64,000 nucleotides of DNA from Leptogorgia sarmentosa (taxonomy: Eukaryota): the NCBI GenBank assembly GCA_964658305.1, contig OZ210885.1:1488001-1552000 (forward strand). The letters run 5' to 3'. Under the pieces are notes generated by a model, which was not told where the DNA came from, searched no databases, and saw only the letters and a program-made list of their open reading frames with translations. Every line of letters starts with the position of its first letter. Positions within the stretch are counted from its first letter, which is position 1. The translations under genes were made by a program, and so were the position numbers. This document shows, one piece after another, positions 36,780-49,600 of this stretch.

Positions 36780-39700
36780 ATGCACATAAAGCTCCATTTG
36801 CTTATCTTTGTCATTGGAAATACATTACGAGCTGTGACTGTTGCAGAAAAAGACCAAAATACCGAAACAGAAGAAAGTTTGAATTTTTGTTTCAATTCAA
36901 GTCTCCAGGGTACGTAACGTACGTGCTGTGAAAAGTACCAAAATTTGTCCACATGCACACATGCACATGCATTTTAAAATAAATCACACTTAAGAGAACT
37001 GGTCTACCAACTATATAATCATAATGTCCTTTCAATTATGTATAGGATACAGACTAAATGTGGCAGTTTTGAATACAACGGTGACTACTGATTGGCTTGC
37101 CTGTGTTATGGAATGTGTTACAGAGCCATGCTGTCGATCAATCAATTATAAAAATACACTGAACTTGCAAAAGGAACCAAATTGTGAAATGTTGCATAAT
37201 GTGGTCTATAATGATTCTCAGAAATATTTGGAAAGAAATTGTTCTTATAACCATGTTTTTCTCAATAATCCACCAAAGGTAAAAAAATAATAATTTACAA
37301 TAATTGTAAAATTGCAGATTTTTTGCGAATGTCTAGAATTTCATATTATAGATGATTATCAATAATATTGGTATCTTATAATATTGGTACCCGGTATGAT
37401 ATTAGTACGGAAATAGGCATTTTAAAAAAAAATAGGTCCAATTGGGAGAATTTTGTTTTATTAATTATCAATAAATTGGTAACATTCATGTGAAATGGTT
37501 TCAGTGTATAATTTCGAATTGCGAAAAAAAAACATTCGGAAGAACGACAAACCGCTTAAATACCAAATATTGATTTATTCTGATACCGACATCCTAGACA
37601 AAATGTCTGGGACCAGTAATGAAAGAACAACATTATTTGAAGAATGTTCACATCTCCTGCACAATGTGCCCCACATCCCCCCGAAACAATGTTGAGGGAC
37701 TCTTGCAACAGGAGTTGCAAAAACATTGCAACAGGGGAGCGGGGAATGCGAATGTACATTCGTTATGATTAATTGATTGACTAAAACGTCAGTCATTTTT
37801 TATGGTGTCCACGTGCTTTTTGTCTAGAATTGTAGCTACAATTCTGGCCCAGATTATTGTGAACTGCGCGCGCATGTTTGAATTCGCACCCGTCTGCTTG
37901 CGATGTAGATGAAGTTAAATACTGCCCTCCCTAATTCCTCCCCCCTTCCTCAATCAATGCTGAATACACCACGATAACTATATGTGTTATTATGAAAAAC
38001 TGATTTATCAGACAATGAGAGACAGTATTATGAAGTTAGATGAACAATTGCAACGGCCCTGTTGTGTAGATTCCACGAGAAAAATGAATGTGTTCATTTA
38101 ACTTCCTGGAACATTTCCGTAATTTTGCATAATTATTTCCTGCGCCATTTTTATGTGAGCCAGGAATTGGTCAGTGCTTATAGTAATTCACCCAAGAAAG
38201 AATCATCGGAAGATTTTTTGTCCTTATGTATAGGAATACAATGAAAACTGCTTTCTGAAGTTCCCAAAGCACAAAATAAAGGGTGAGTACTTAAATATCT
38301 TTAATCCAAATACCTAGCATCGTGTTTTCTATTTTAATCAGTTTACAAATTCCTATAATAGTAAATGCTGTACCATAACAACAATTGCAAAATGATTTTG
38401 ATCAAAGTACCTTATTATAAACTCCATTGAAATGGGAGGTTTCACGAGGAACATAAACGGCTTAGTAAGCTGTAATGGGATCAAGATCATTTGAGCTGAA
38501 TATATCGACATGTTTATTTGGAAATATTTTATTAATTAAATTATGCTACCTAGATGTTTCGGAGATATTGAAAAATGAACCAGCAGAATTCGAAAAAAAA
38601 CTGGGAGAATGGTTGCCAAGAACAGGGAATTGGAAGATTTGTTGGCGAGCAACGCGTGATGGTTGGGCTGCGAGTACATTTCATTCAAATTGTGATGGAA
38701 AATCACCCACCATAACTATCGTTCAAGTTATCAACAACAATAAAAAGTATATTTTCGGTGGTTATGCTACAGCACCATGGAATAGAAGAGGTAAGTTTGA
38801 AATTAATACAGGTTTTCCTTGTTGCTCGATATTATTGTTGTGTTCTTATTCAACTTTTTTATCAATCAATCGAGTCTTTATTGAATCGAATTGATAATAC
38901 ACATGAAATTATTAATATTAAAAGTTACATAGTAAAGGTTATTACAATAAAAATGTAAGAAAATAGGGCGAACCTTTGAGAGCTGATAAATATTTCGAAA
39001 AAATGATTATTCCCGTCTCAAATATTGAAAGAGAGAGTAATCAATTCTAACTTGAGATGAATTTGTAAATTTGATAGGTGATAAAAAATCTGCTCCGGGA
39101 TCATTTCTGTTTTCTCTGCGGAATCACGATAACCTTGCGCCATTCAAGGCTCCACTGAAAGATGAGAATGACGAGTGGGCACTTTACCATTATAGTGGAC
39201 TGGGACCAACATTTGGTAAGGGTCGCGATCTGAGTATTGCCAACGATGCGACCACAAACGCCGTTTCCTACACAAATTTTGGTTTCAGCTACCAACCACC
39301 TTCTGGATACACTACATATCAAACCAGCACACTCTCTCTCCTCGCAGGAAGTTATCACTTCACTCCATCAGAAATTGAAGTCTTGTATTTGAACGCAAAA
39401 ACTACTTATACTACACCTCAAGGTAAAGATCAGCAAAAATTCACGAAATATGCCGAAAATGATTCAGAGATCTAGAACGTCTAATCATGTTTAATTCCTG
39501 CAGGCTACCAAATGAAAACAAGCGGCCTTATAAATTGTTTAAAAATTTTGCATATGCAGCGCAGTCTATGGGTCAGCGACTTGAAAATCAAAAACTGCGA
39601 TGTCAATCTTGTCAGTAACAAATACCAGAAGCTTTAAACGAGTTTCGTCAAAGATGCAGTAAATTCCATTCTGCGCATTTTTTTCTGCTCATGATCAATA

Positions 39701-41536
39701 ACAAAATTAATTGTGTTATTCCAGACTCGACCGTTGGAACTTTCTTTGAAATTGCCAATGACAATTACTGTGATACGTAAATTTATTTTTTCCTAAAGAA
39801 ATTAAAATTCAATTGTGCGGATCCCCAACAACAATTTTTGAAATGCGCAGAACGGACATTACTGCATTTTTAAGAGTATGGGGTTAGGTTGAGTTTTCTG
39901 TCAATTATTTTCTAAATGAATTTTTACTGTCTACTGGATATGAATGAATATGACTAATATGGTTATAACGCCTCGTGCATTATTGAAAAGTTCTCGTTTA
40001 TTTGGTGCTATTGTGAGCAATGTTTTCATAATTTGTAAGCCGAGTTGAATTCTGCGTTACTCTACATGCGCAATGCAATGTTTATTTAAACAAAAATAAT
40101 AAATCGTACTGTATTAATCAGAAGAAATAGGACGAGACAAATCAGAGGACAAGTGATCATGATGTCCAGCAATTTACAATGAATTTTTTTATCTACTATT
40201 ATATATTCCCAAATTAATTGATTGGTTAAATTATGTGTACCTATAGATGTGTCAGAGATATTAAAAAATGAACCAGTACGATTCCGGAAACTGTTGAGAG
40301 AATGGTTGCCAAAGATGGGAAATTGGAGCATTTGTTGGCGAGCAACACGAGATGGTTCGACTGCGAATACATTCCACTCAAGATGTGAAGGGAAATCACC
40401 GACCTTGACTATTGTTCAAGTTATCAAAAACAATAAAAAGTTTGTTTTCGGTGGTTATGCCACAGTACCATGGATTAATGGCGGTAAGTTTAAAATTGAG
40501 TTATATATATGCTTAATCAAGTTATTCTTGATGCTGATCCTATTAAACGAGTCTTCAATTGTCATGTTTATGTGATTTGTTGCCTGGTCCTACGTACAAT
40601 TAATATACACACCTCAAAGATTTAAATTGGTTGTAGTTTTTCTTCATATAACATGTTATGACGAAAAATTACGTCAGTTGTTTGGCATAACTATTTCATA
40701 TACTTTTTGAGATCAATATACTTAACAAATACAATACGTAGAATAGAATATGTACGCATGCATGCATGCATGGTCATAATTTTACTTCTGTTACAGTGAT
40801 TACTGTTATTCCATTAAACCCCTGTTGGCTCTGTTCAACGAGATCGCAAAACCTCGAAACTCTATAAGGACAGCTAATCCAAAGTGGACTTATCCCTTTA
40901 AGCATCATTATCGAGGGACAAAATTATGTCAATTTGTTCAAATTGCACTAAAAATTCAATTCAACTTTTAGGAAAAAAAACTAAGAATTAAGAAAAAAAT
41001 ATTAATGTACGCCCGACGTCATATTTTTGCACAATTGTTCAATACGAGTATCTTCTATTCTGTATTCAAAAAGTCGGTCCCTAACTGGCCCATATCTTCA
41101 AAGAAATTGTTGAAATATATATATGAAAAATTGGGCAAACACCAGGGCAGGAAATCGGGAGAGAGAACAACAAAACACAAACTTCATTGTTTTTCAGTCA
41201 CTACTTTTTCTTACAGGTGGCAATTATTTTGAGTCAGCTCCAGGATCATTTCTGTTTTCTCTGCGCAATAACGATAACATTGCGCCGTTCAAGGCTCCGC
41301 TGAAAGTCGAGAATGACGCACAGGCAGTTTACCAAGGACTAGGACCAACATTCGGCTGGAGTCATGATTTGCATATTGCCAGCGATGCGACATCAAACGC
41401 CTACTCCTTCGCGAATTTTGGTTTCAGCTACGAAGCTCCACCTGGATACACTCAAAGCGAAACTAATACAAAGTCCCTCCTTGCAGGAAGCTATTACTTC
41501 ACTCCATCAGAAGTTGAAGTCTTATATTTAAATTAA
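36780..41536 (+). CDS. Putative secreted PAN/Apple - TLDc - TLDc protein
   Basis: Exons: 36780-36909 (signal MHIKLHLLIFVIGNTLRA...), 37046-37278 (PAN: CVMECVTEPCCRSINY...CEML), 38234-38282, 38554-38790 plus 39078-39422 (TLDc1: WRATRDG..FHSNCDGKSPT..IFGGY | FLFSL..GPTFG.GRDL..LLAG..F.PSEIEV), 40247-40483 plus 41217-41536 (TLDc2). Phases are compatible and there are no internal stops. Confidence 0.82.
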
Positions 41537-43628
41537 AAAACTACTTATATATAATATAGTGCATGTTATTTAACAATGAACCATGATATCATATATTAAT
41601 TAGCTTTAAATGATTTGGAAAACACTTTAGGGTAGACAAAACAAATTGTTTCCATTGAGACCAATCAACAAGTGGAACAGGATCTCCCCCCAAAAAACGG
41701 AACCTTCATGAATAATTATGTATTCATTGAAAACAAAATCCGCTTTATTGTATCACATTACTTTAGTTTTATCCCGTTTTGCTTTTCTTACACTGTACAC
41801 AAAATATTATAAAATCCCTGCAGATGCACAGAAATATCATTGTGAATAATAATTACATCATTGTGTAGGTTTTTTGGGGAGACACCGGCTGTAAATGCTT
41901 AATTTGTATCTCATGCATCGATTATTTAAAATCGTTTTATCTGTACTTAAATGGAGTTAAATTAAATATTTCAATCTTTCCAGCTTTCTCGGAAATTATT
42001 CGAACTGTATTCTTGTCTGTTTAATCAATCTTATAGTTATTATGGAGTGCGCAAATTGGGAATTCATGTTTTTTCAATAATTCTGTCTACCAACCTTAGA
42101 TAGTTTGTTCTTTCACAACTACTGCTCTAATCGCGAGAGCGAACTTTTTCGGGAAATAACTCACCTATCAATGTGAAGGTCAATCAAGAAAACTTCCATA
42201 GTGGATGAACGATGGAGAAATAATGCTTACAGAAAGCTTACAAGCACAAGATACCTCAGCATAGAATCCGAACACTGAACAGATGCGCAGGTCTTACGAT
42301 GGAACCAATGATAATCCTTGCTCGCCTGAGTGAATGACTTGAGCATGCGCAAAAGGACCTTTCTCTTCTCAAAGCCATCGGGCAAATCTTACTGAATGCA
42401 ACGAAGACGAGCGGGCAGATGGATTAACAATTTCAAATCAGCAAGATATTTTCAAGATTCAATTTGACGATCCTCCGATATATAACGTTAACAATCCTTG
42501 GGATGATGTATAACGTTGAACTGAAGAGAATGTGTCATGTAAGCAGTGACCGCTTTAAGGGAGGGCATGTGGGGGCATTCCCCCCGCCCAATATTAACTT
42601 CTGCCACCCCCCCCCCCCCCCCCCCCCAGAACATTTAGCACTCGATAAACGCTTGGGCTTGTTTTTTATCGTATTGAGTGCAAACTTACTAAAATATTCC
42701 CCTCGTGGCAGGTATATAACTGATAAATTCGCTACGAATGTAAACTTTGTGTTTCAGATTTGTTTTTTGAGTATAACAAACAATTAATAAATATATTAAT
42801 GTCACTTTGAAAGCTCAGAATAGAACTAAATGCATGATATACAAATTCTTTAATGCACATTTTCATTGTTTTGAACGAACGGGTTATTACTGAAACTGAA
42901 TCTTACTTTGAATTTGCTGTATTTGCGGCAAAAAAATGACAAAGAAATCATCTTTTTACATTCATTAGCATTATATTATGGCAGGCATTAAAATTCGTAA
43001 ATTTTACAAGGACACATATAGCGTTTGCCTTTATTGGAAACAATCGCTTTAGTTTTGAGTATGTGAAACACAATTTATTTTCTGTAAATTTAATAGCGCG
43101 CGGTTAATTAATTAATACATTATGTATTACAGTAACTGCTTGTATTCTGAAAAAATTCTTTTTCATACTCGATTTTTCACACCAAAAGAAAGTTTAGATT
43201 CAACTAAAAATTTTGCGGTGTCGCTTGGACAAACATTGAAATTACTCTACAGCCTCCAAATTCTCAAACTGAAATTTATATGCGCGTTATTTTCAAGAAC
43301 ACACTTTTCAATTTACAAGGACATGTTTTCTTTTTACGAGGACACAAAGTGTGTAAAGAACACGCTATTTTAATGCCTGTATTATGGCTAAGGTAGTTTG
43401 TTTAGACATGTGCGTGGCTGCATGAGTTAATAAGTGAAGAATTAAAAAGCTAAACATGGCAACATTCATTTACATCACTATAGTTCAGCTGTCTTTAGCC
43501 GCACGAATTTACAACAGCAGAATAATGACTTCAACGCCCGAACATATGCTTTTATAAACTGGCTTCGTGGTAACTCGACCAGAGTTATATGTTGTGAGGC
43601 ATTGAGGACGCATCTCCTGTACGTTAAA

Positions 43629-46600
43629 ATGTTAACTTTTTTCTTACTGCTTCTTATAATTGCTGGCGTTGACGGAGAGATCTGTTCATCCAGGTATTAC
43701 GAGACCATCGAGAGAGGTTAGTCGTTCATAATAAGCATACATCCACGAAAGACGATGAAAGAAAATAATTTCCTTTAAATGATTTCCTTTTTGTATTGTT
43801 TGAATAATTCCGATTGGGATTATATGAATTTCGTGTCGAATTGGCGTTCTCAACTGTTGCTGGCCATATTTTTATCCCACTGAGTGACGTTGGGATTTGA
43901 GAGGTCGAACCCAAGTATAAATAGACACACACTTTCACTTTTAGTTGCATTATGTGCATGCCAATAACGGTGCGGTGGACTGCCCATAAAGGTTTTTCTG
44001 CATACGATATCTAAATAGCAAATTGAATATCGTAAACTACACTGAGAAATATCCATTTATAGCTAGAATGCAATTAACATTCATCAAAGTTTTTATGTTT
44101 TTACAGAAGGTCCATCGTTACCTCCAGACGAGATCATATCTAGTCATAATGTTGGATCGGTTGCCGTCGAGATAAAATGTCATTCTCTTTGTGAAAAAGA
44201 GCCGAGATGTGTGGGATTTAACCACAGGACTACAGCAACGAACGGTGAAAACTGCCAACTCACTAACGTCACAAAAAAGAGAAACACAACAAAGAAAGGT
44301 GACTGGACATTGCGACGTGACATGGAAGCGGTATGTTCCGTTTTCCGAACTTAAATTTAGAAAAAAATAACTGTTAAGGTAAAATAAAAAACAAAGATTT
44401 ACTTGCATGACCTGCATAATTTTTCTTACTCTTTTTGCGCCGTCGTTACTATAGCAACGTAGAGCAATGGAAACGACGGAATTCGACCATAAATCGACGA
44501 AATAACATATTTTATGTCACGCGAGCTCACAAAAATAAACACTTAGTCTACCAGTCAAACGTTTTTTAATTTAATGTTACTATGATGCTTCGACGTTGAA
44601 ACAAATAAACTCGTATGAACTGTAAGAATTAGGCTTAATGCACGTTACAGTTATCTGCATCAGAAGGCACGTAATCATTGTGTTGGAACTTATCTCTTGC
44701 AATTGCGGAGGGGATTTTTCAAGGATTCTGGAAGCAATCAATTTTGAACTACAAACTTTATAAATATCTGATGATTGTTTAAAACAGCATTTTCTGCGAT
44801 TAAATTGTGCGGTGGAGTAACACCTGTCTGGCAAACTGGGATTGGCTTCAAAAATCAACATTTCCCACGCAAACTTTGCCATTTTTATTTTTACTAATTT
44901 TGGGATGCTTTTCACGCTATTGTATGAATTGTACTATTTCAAACTTCTGAAAATTTTTGTCTATTATTGGAATTGGTCTGGACATTGCTTTGCTGAGTTA
45001 TCAAAAAAATTTTAATGAATTAACCAAGCCTACACAAGCTTAGCCTAGCTTTGCTGTGTACGTGCACTTCCCGTATATACGTGTCTCACGAAACGTGAGA
45101 GGGACAAAAATACACGCGTAAATAAATGACTAAAATTATAAGATAATTGTGTAAGAAAGTTAAATCGAATGAAGCCAAGTAGCTACTGTATAATGTTAAA
45201 AATTTTTTAACAAAATGAGTTGAGCTATCGTTGTCTACAACATCATCATCATATTCTGAAATGAGTTAAGCTATCGTTTTCTACAACATCATCATCATGT
45301 TCTGAAATGAGTTAAGCTTTCGTTGTCTACAACATCATCATCATATTCTGAAATGAGTTGAGCTATCGTTTTCTACAACATCATCATCATGTTCTGAAAT
45401 GAGTTAAGCTTTCGTTGTCTACAACATCATCATCATATTCTGAAATGAGTTGAGCTATCGTTGTCTACAACATCATCATCATGTTCTGAAATGAGTTAAG
45501 TTTTCGTTGTCTACAACATCATCATCATGTTTTAGACAGCCAAAGCTTAACTCATTTTATTAAAAACTTTTTTACATTATATAGGTACAGTAGCTACTTG
45601 GCTTCATTCGATTTAACTTTCTTACACATATATCATGCTACTGAAGGACAACTTCCTCCGATATAAGATAATTAGTTCCCAAATCACAAACAAGTTTTAT
45701 CTTTTGCTTGGGAACTAGTTTACCTGAGAACAACTAAATTTAGGTTCTATTATAAATATGTTCTATGTACTTAATTGATTCTCATGTAGACGAAAAGAGA
45801 TGAGGAAAGAGAGAGAGACAGCAGACATTCAGGTATTCAATGCAGTTTTACTATATCGTAATAATACTTTATGCAAGAGTGAATTTCAGCTCTGAAATTC
45901 GAATTTTGTTCAATAAATTAAGATGCATTATTTCTTTTTAGTAGAAAAGGAGAAGACGCCATTGCCTTCATCTAACGTAAAAACAGCGACCACGATGTCG
46001 TCATTTGGAAAAAGTCCAGTGTCCTCTGACTTGAAAATCTCATTTTCCGATCTTCCAACCTTTGCTGTACCTACATCTACTAGCCTTGGATCTCAATTAT
46101 CTCAAATTCGTACAACTGCAACTGAAGGAGCACAGTCCACTCAAGGTATATAGCGTTTTATTGTTCATTGTAATTGATTCGTCATTTACATACCTAAAGA
46201 TAAATCGAGCAATTAATCGCGCAACCTATAACAAGGCTACCAGATAACTCAATTATCTAGGTGTTAACCGACAAAGCAAAATAATAATTATGCAGAAATG
46301 CGCGGAAGAAGAAAACAATTGCAGAATCTATAGGTGGTAAAACAGTAAAACATGTGCTTTTATATAGTACTGCAATGGTTACTGCATGCTTTCGATTTCT
46401 TTAAATTAAATTGGTTTAATTAAATTACTTTAATTGTGGAAGGGAATTTCTGCTCTGAATTTTGTTCAATAAACTAACATGCATCATTTTGTTTTTAGTA
46501 GAAAAGGAGAAGACGCCATTGCCTTCATCTAACGTAAAAACAGCTACCAAGATATCTTCATTTGGAAAAAGTCCAGTGTCCTCTGACTTTGAAATCTCAT

Positions 46601-49600
46601 TTTCCGATCTTCCAACCTTTGCTGTACCTACATCTACTAGCCTTGGATCTCAATTATCTCAAATTCGTACAACTGCAACTGAAGGAGCACAGTCCACTGA
46701 AGGTATATAGCGTTTTATTGTTCATTGTAATTGATTCGTCATTTACATACCTAAAGATAAATCGAGCAATTAATCGCGCAACCTATAACAAGGCTACCAG
46801 ATAACTCAATTATCTAGGTGTTAACCGACAAAGCAAAATAATAATTATGCAGAAATGCGCGGAAGAAGAAAACAATTGCAGAATCTATAGGTGGTAAAAC
46901 AGTAAAACATGTGCTTTTATATAGTACTGCAATGGTTACTGCATGCTTTCGATTTCTTTAAATTAAATTGGTTTAATTAAATTACTTTAATTGTGGAAGG
47001 GAATTTCTGCTCTGAATTTTGTTCAATAAACTAACATGCATCATTTTGTTTTTAGTAGAAAAGGAGAAGACGCCATTGCCTTCATCTAACGTAAAAACAG
47101 CTACCAAGATATCTTCATTTGGAAAAAGTCCAGTGTCCTCTGACTTTGAAATCTCATTTTCCGATCTTCCAACCTTTGCTGTACCTACATCTACTAGCCT
47201 TGGATCTCAATTATCTCAAATTCGTACAACTGCAACTCATGGAACACAGCCCACTCAAGGTATATACGTTTTATTATTCATTGTAATTTACCCATGGGCT
47301 TTTTTCGTCATTTACATACATACAGGTCTTTCAGGAATGTATGAACCGGGGGAGGGGCGCCCCCGCCCAATGTTCACTCCGCTTCGGGGGGGCCGGGCCG
47401 CCCCAAAAAAATCCTGGAGTTAAAAAAACTCTTTTATTTAAAGCCGTGCCTTATTCAACAATCTTTCATTTGTACCCAAAGAAGCCTACTAAAAAGGTCG
47501 AGTTTTGACTCAAAATGGTCATTTCGGGATGTAGAGGCCCTAAATGTTCAAAATTATCTCGCTCAGCGACAAGCATCGTGGCGCCTCGTGAGGTTGCCTC
47601 CCCCCCCCCCCCCCCTCAATGTTGAAAACGTTCCTGCGTCCTTGAGGAATTTTAACATTCGTTAAAGTAAGGTAAGAAAATTCAAAGCCCTCCAATTTTA
47701 TTTAACTACAGAGCATTATTGTGCTTTTTAGATGGCAAACAGCAGTCGCCATTAGCATCATCTGGCTTAAATATGGGGACCATGTCGTCCTTAAAGGAAA
47801 AATTAAATACGATTTCCTTTACATTAAATAACTTCATAATTCAATCTTACCCCTCTCTTGTTCCCTCACCTACAACCTCTGGACCTTTCATTAACTCTAC
47901 ACCTTCATTGTCTGTAACTGCAACGCCAACCGAAAATGTACAAGCTAGTCAAGGTATTAAAACATTTTATTATCAGTTATTTCTCAGATATATCAAGAAG
48001 CGCCCTGTTTCATTTTATCATGTTCTCTGATACACTCAGATTACAAGTCTGGAAAACCCACTAAACGGTATTTCAGTTTTTACACGTTACTGAAACCCAT
48101 CAAACCTTGTGTTCAATATATAGCTGCTATTATTTTTATAAATTACAGTTTCATTTTTTCTAAAATAGTTTCTCTTAAAAACATATGCTTGATGTTTTTA
48201 TTCCTAGGGGTTAGCTTTTCATACGATGCACAATATACGTTTACCAGTACTTGGCGTTCTTTCGCTGCGTTTCAAAGCTTATTTTAGTAATTGTCCTGTC
48301 ATATAGGTAGTGATCGTAGTGTGTAAATCGTGACTAATTCAAAATACCTGACAACTACTGTTTTCCTTTTGAAATGATTTAAGGAAAAAGCATCCGAGAC
48401 ATGAAAAATTTGTAATCTTTGGAAACTTTCTAATCTAATCTTTTGAACTCTTTGAATTGAAATGTACAATTTAGGCCATTTTTTAAATTAATCATGCAAT
48501 TCAAATTCTTTTTTTCAAAGGTTGGCGATTGAATACTACCATGCTTAAGATATTATATACTCCAACACCTGCTGAATGTATTCTTCGATGCGTAAAAGAG
48601 TCATGTTGTAGGTCTCTAAATTACCGCAAGATAAACAATGGTTCTAACTGTGAACTACTTCATGCGAACATGTCCGACCATCCTCAATATTTGGTGAAAG
48701 ATGTAGAATTTGATTATTACACATTGCTCCGACCAAACCGGGTAAGTTCCTAAACATTTGAATGTAGAGACGTCTCAATTGAGGAAAATTATTTAAAACT
48801 TATAACCCCTAATATAGTATTCGTACTATTGTAATTTGGAGAGAGCAATATAGTATTCGTACTATTGCACTCTAGAGAGAGCAATATAGTATTCGTACTA
48901 TTGCACTCTGGAGAGAGTAATATAGTATTCGTACTATTGCACTTTGGAGAGAGTAATATAGTATTCGTACTATTGCACTTTGGAGAGAGCAATATAGTAT
49001 TCGTACTATTGCACTCTGGAGAGAGCAATATAGTATTCGTACTATTGTACTCTGGAGAGAGTAATATAGTATTCGTACTATTGTACTCTGGAGAGAGCAA
49101 TATAGTATTCGTACTATTGTACTCTGGAGAGAGTAATGTAGTATTCGTACTATTGTACTCTGGAGAGAGTAATATAGTATTCGTACTATTGTACTCTAGA
49201 GAGAGCAATATAGTATTCGTACTATTGTACTCTGGAGAGAGTAATATAGTATTCGTACTATTGCACTCTGGAGAGAGTAATATAGTATTCGTACTATTGC
49301 ACTCTGAGGAGAGTAATATAGTATTCGTACTATTGCACTTTGGAGAGAGTAATATAGTATTCGTACTATTGCACTCTGGAGAGAGTAATATAGTATTCGT
49401 ACTATTGCACTCTGGAGAGAGTAATATAGTATTCGTACTATTGCACTCTGGAGAGAGCAATATAGTATTCGTACTATTGCACTCTGGAGAGAGTAATATA
49501 GTATTCGTACTATTGCACTTTGGAGAGAGTAATATAGTATTCGTACTATTGTACTCTGGAGAGAGCAATATAGTATTCGTACTATTGCACTTTGGAGAGA

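Noticed and set aside
48208..48290. Possible extra exon in the PAN-GON gene
   Set aside because: An acceptor is present but there is no convincing donor before a stop, and 47953->48521 already splices in frame.
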